This document shows, piece after piece, positions 60,991 through 64,000 of a stretch of 64,000 nucleotides of DNA. Within the stretch, counting starts at the first letter, position 1. Each line of letters begins with the position of its first letter. Under the pieces are notes generated by a model. That model saw nothing but the letters and a program-made list of their open reading frames with translations. It did not search any database and was not told where the DNA came from. Origin of the DNA: an uncultured Desulfobacter sp. (GTDB lineage: Bacteria; Desulfobacterota; Desulfobacteria; Desulfobacterales; Desulfobacteraceae); assembly GCA_963665095.1 (NCBI GenBank), contig OY762069.1, forward strand, positions 1,760,001 through 1,824,000, given 5' to 3'. A program made the position numbers and the translations under genes.

Positions 60991-63027
60991 TCAATCCGGC
61001 CGGCCGATGACCTGCCTGGGCCGCACCCCGTCAGACGGGGCCACGATCCCCTGCTTTTCCATCAGATCAATGATCCGAGCGGCCCGGTTATAACCGATCC
61101 GTAACGCCCGCTGCACCCCGGAAATGGATGCCTGCCGGGTGGACATGACAAAATCCAGGGCCTGCTGATATTTCTCATCATACTCATCGTCTGATATCTC
61201 CACCTGGTCTGCCGGGGCCTCCTCCGGTTCTGTGGTAACATCCGCCACATATTCAGGTTTACCCTGGGCCTTGACAAAGTCGGTAATGGTGTTCAACTCT
61301 TTTTCAGACAAATAGGTCCCGTGGACCCGTTTGAGCCGGGCGGTTCCCGGGGGAACAAACAGCATATCACCCCGGCCAAGCAGGGTTTCAGCCCCATTGG
61401 CGTCAATAATGGTCCTGGAATCTGTTTTAGACGAGACCTGGAAAGAGATCCGGGTAGGAAAATTGGCCTTAATAATGCCGGTCAGCACATCCACAGAGGG
61501 TCTCTGGGTGGCCAGAATCAGATGGATACCGGCAGCGCGTGCCATCTGGGCAATACGGGTCAGGGAGTATTCAATATCTTTGCCGGCAGTCATCATAAGA
61601 TCTGCCAGCTCATCAATGATCACAATAATATAGGGAAAGGGCGTGAACGCTTCCTTGTCTGCAAGGTCTTTTGTCCGGATCTTTCTATTGTACTGCTCGA
61701 TATTCCTGACATGAAGCTGGGCCAGCTTTTCATAGCGCAGCTCCATCTCCCGGACCACCCATTGAAGTGCAATGTTGGCCTTTTTCATATCCGTAATCAC
61801 CGGCGTGATCAGATGGGGAATATCGTTGAAAAGCGACAGTTCAATGCGCTTGGGATCGATCATGATAAACTTGACCCGGTCCGGAGAAGATTTGTACAGG
61901 ATACTTGCGATCATGGCATTGAGCGCCACACTTTTGCCGGTACCTGTGGCGCCGGCGATGAGCAGGTGGGGCATTCTTTCAAGGCCTACCACCACGGGTC
62001 TGCCAATGATATCCTTGCCAAGACATATGGGAGCCGGAGATTTTATGTCGGAAAAGGCCTGGGATTCCACAACATCCCGGAACGGCACAATACTCATGCT
62101 GGGATTGGGAATCTCAATGCCGATGACATCCTTGCCCGGGATGGGTGCCACCAGGCGGATGCTCAGCGCACTTAACGCCAGAGCCAGGTCATCGGCCAGG
62201 TTAACTATTTTACTGATCTTTATACCTGGGGCAGGCTTGTACTCAAAGGTGGTGATGACAGGGCCCGGCAACACCTCCATGACCTCTCCCTTAATGCCGA
62301 AATACCCCAGTTTCTGCTCCAGCAGTTCCGCATCCCGCCGGATGGCCTCCTGGTCCACCACCTGCTCCCGACCACCCTCTTCAAGAAAATCAAAGGAGGG
62401 CAGACAAAATTTTCCGTCCTCCCGGGCCTGGGCGACCAGGGTCTGCCGGGAAGCACTGTTTTCAGAAATTCTGGATTTCTTCAGGGTATCAAGAACCTGT
62501 GTGACCAAAGGTCCTGGCTTTGCCGGCAATTGAACTTTTTTATCCTCTGGCGCTCCGGCCGGCGCAAGGGTGGGGATGTCACTTAATTCAGAAATGAGCA
62601 GGGAGGATTCACTGGCGTCAGGTGCAAATGTGACATTGGCAGCCTCTTCCTCTTCAGGAATAGATTCTTTTTCAATCTCCGCCTCCGGCACATTTTCTGA
62701 TTCCGGAGTATCTGCCAAATCAACCGTTATGGGGGGCTGGCTGTTTTTGAGTGCATCATGCGCTTTGAGCAGCTCATCATATCTGTTTTTAAGTCTGACA
62801 AACCGGTCCGCCAGGTTCAGGTTGGTCAACAGCAGCTTGACATAAGGATTGGATTTGCCTTGCCCGTCAAAGGCCTTATCTGCTTTTTCCATCTCCCCGG
62901 TCATCACCTTGGCAATATGTTCAGCATCGGCAGCACCGGTTTCACCGCTGATCTGAAATTTATACTCCCCGCATTCGGTTCTCAAACACAGAAGGTTGTT
63001 CTCTAAACTGTATTTTTTATTTTCCAC
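60991..63027 (-). CDS. ftsK: FtsK/SpoIIIE DNA translocase lacking the N-terminal membrane domain
   Basis: MPHLLIAGATGTGKS, IDPKRIEL, IIDELADLM, LATQRPS, gamma domain SISGVQRALRIGYNRAARI; no hydrophobic segments. Confidence 0.9.
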   Translation of the reverse strand: MENKKYSLENNLLCLRTECGEYKFQISGETGAADAEHIAKVMTGEMEKADKAFDGQGKSNPYVKLLLTNLNLADRFVRLKNRYDELLKAHDALKNSQPPITVDLADTPESENVPEAEIEKESIPEEEEAANVTFAPDASESSLLISELSDIPTLAPAGAPEDKKVQLPAKPGPLVTQVLDTLKKSRISENSASRQTLVAQAREDGKFCLPSFDFLEEGGREQVVDQEAIRRDAELLEQKLGYFGIKGEVMEVLPGPVITTFEYKPAPGIKISKIVNLADDLALALSALSIRLVAPIPGKDVIGIEIPNPSMSIVPFRDVVESQAFSDIKSPAPICLGKDIIGRPVVVGLERMPHLLIAGATGTGKSVALNAMIASILYKSSPDRVKFIMIDPKRIELSLFNDIPHLITPVITDMKKANIALQWVVREMELRYEKLAQLHVRNIEQYNRKIRTKDLADKEAFTPFPYIIVIIDELADLMMTAGKDIEYSLTRIAQMARAAGIHLILATQRPSVDVLTGIIKANFPTRISFQVSSKTDSRTIIDANGAETLLGRGDMLFVPPGTARLKRVHGTYLSEKELNTITDFVKAQGKPEYVADVTTEPEEAPADQVEISDDEYDEKYQQALDFVMSTRQASISGVQRALRIGYNRAARIIDLMEKQGIVAPSDGVRPRQVIGRPD

Positions 63028-63134
63028 GCTGACTTACTCTTTCCTTGAATCATTGTCCCGGCATAACTTAAAGATGGCATGCAGGCGTTTATGAAAAAAC
63101 AATGCAAAACTTGGGGGTAACTCAAAACCCAGAG

Positions 63135-63211
63135 TTTCGTATTTTGACGCAAAGCTGCCCAGGTGCAAGGCGCAAACAACACCGCAGGTGGATGACTTTG
63201 CGTTCAAACGC
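63135..63211. repeat. TIR element (MITE/REP-like)
   Basis: TTTCGTATTTTGACGCAAAGCTGCCCAGGTGCAAGGCGCA...CAGGTGGATGACTTTGCGTTCAAACGC. Confidence 0.75.
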
Positions 63212-63350
63212 TATCTAAATAACACGGGTGGGGGTTATAGCACAATTCCGGTATGTATTCCAGAAAGATGGCTGCCCGCGGAAAAATACGCCACCTGTCA
63301 GTTGCCGGCAGGCTGCGCATCAATGGAAACCCCTGTGGAACAATATCTTC

Positions 63351-64000
63351 CTATTTCCTTTGACACCTGTTCAGCAGCCGGTCAATGCACTGGATATACT
63401 CTATGTTCCTGCAGGGTTTAGACAGATGATCAATGCAGAGATCTTTTTGAGTAAGATCCTTTATGGATTCCAGGAACTCAATATTTCCGGATATAAAAAC
63501 AACAGGAGTACTGGTATCTTTTTTTCGGATGTAACGGTAGATGTCCATGCCGCTTATTCCGCCGGGCAGCATATAGTCCAGACTGATAATATCATACGCA
63601 TTCTGCTCAATCAGTGCCATGGCCTTTTTACCTGTGTCAACCACATCCACCCGGTGGCTGCACGGGGCCTGGGTCAGAATCCGGTACTGGACATCGGATA
63701 TGGCTGGCTCGTCTTCCACCAGAAGAATATATCTGCCCGTGCAGACACCATCCGTTGCAACCTGCCGGATCTCCTCCGGGGTTAATTTTTTCTCAATCAC
63801 CGGCAAAGAGATCTCCACCCGGGTACCTTCCCGGACTTTGGAGGAAACATCAATCCGGCCCTGGTGCTGGGACAGATATTTTTTCACATTGGCCATCCCG
63901 TAACCAGTCCCCTTGATCCCGCCTTTATAGACCTTTGCCTTGTCCCGGGTGCCTTTAAGGGTAAAGGACGGCTCGAAAATCCGGTCAAGATACGCGTCAG
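63351..64000 (-). CDS. Hybrid sensor histidine kinase/receiver, 3' part (runs off the window)
   Basis: IFEPSFTLK...GTGYGM HATPase motifs followed by receiver ILLVEDE...ISLDYMLP...FISG...KP. Confidence 0.88.
   Translation of the reverse strand, partial: DAYLDRIFEPSFTLKGTRDKAKVYKGGIKGTGYGMANVKKYLSQHQGRIDVSSKVREGTRVEISLPVIEKKLTPEEIRQVATDGVCTGRYILLVEDEPAISDVQYRILTQAPCSHRVDVVDTGKKAMALIEQNAYDIISLDYMLPGGISGMDIYRYIRKKDTSTPVVFISGNIEFLESIKDLTQKDLCIDHLSKPCRNIEYIQCIDRLLNRCQRK

Noticed and set aside
63103..63175. Resemblance to a c-di-GMP-I riboswitch (GCAAAAC...GACGCAAAGC)
   Set aside because: The GACGCAAAG segment is the arm of the dispersed TIR element also found at 58581 and 49286; it faces away from ftsK and I cannot build the riboswitch P1/P2 structure.

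Overview
Bacterial DNA; protein styles (fhs, folD, acyl-CoA dehydrogenase, MCPs) suggest a Desulfobacteraceae-like anaerobe, which is an inference. Four blocks: (1) 0.1-13.1 kb, a TonB-dependent uptake island (two receptors, class-2 O-methyltransferase, NitT/TauT-type ABC transporter, AraC regulator, PepSY-TM module, MATE pump). (2) 13.3-27.3 kb, a co-directional locus: GAF-sigma54 activator, FecR-TPR-beta-barrel protein, CHASE2 adenylate cyclase, a candidate sigma54 promoter, then a PEP-CTERM protein and a 2145-aa secreted teneurin-like NHL/YD/RHS protein with no adjacent immunity gene. (3) 27.5-43.3 kb, housekeeping and signalling genes (DUF523, acyl-CoA dehydrogenase, PAS-GGDEF-EAL, ptsP, cmoM-like, PhnD-like binding protein, two MCPs, tcdA, an HD-GYP remnant). 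(4) 43.4-60.8 kb, a corrinoid-dependent methyl-transfer (probable demethylase) cluster: three UroD/MtaA-family proteins, corrinoid protein, methyl-THF methyltransferase, fhs, a doubly deleted folD, two MFS transporters, a porin, a PucR-type regulator and a CobW-like GTPase. Five promoter regions in block 4 share a bipartite motif, (C/A)TACA-N3-TGTA(G/T)-N25/26-TTYATCGGCTTT. The window ends with an FtsK lacking its membrane domain (ZapA-like N-terminus) and a partial hybrid kinase. A short terminal-inverted-repeat element occurs three times. No rRNA, tRNA, CRISPR array or transposase was recognised. All assignments are from motif reading by eye; no database searches were run.
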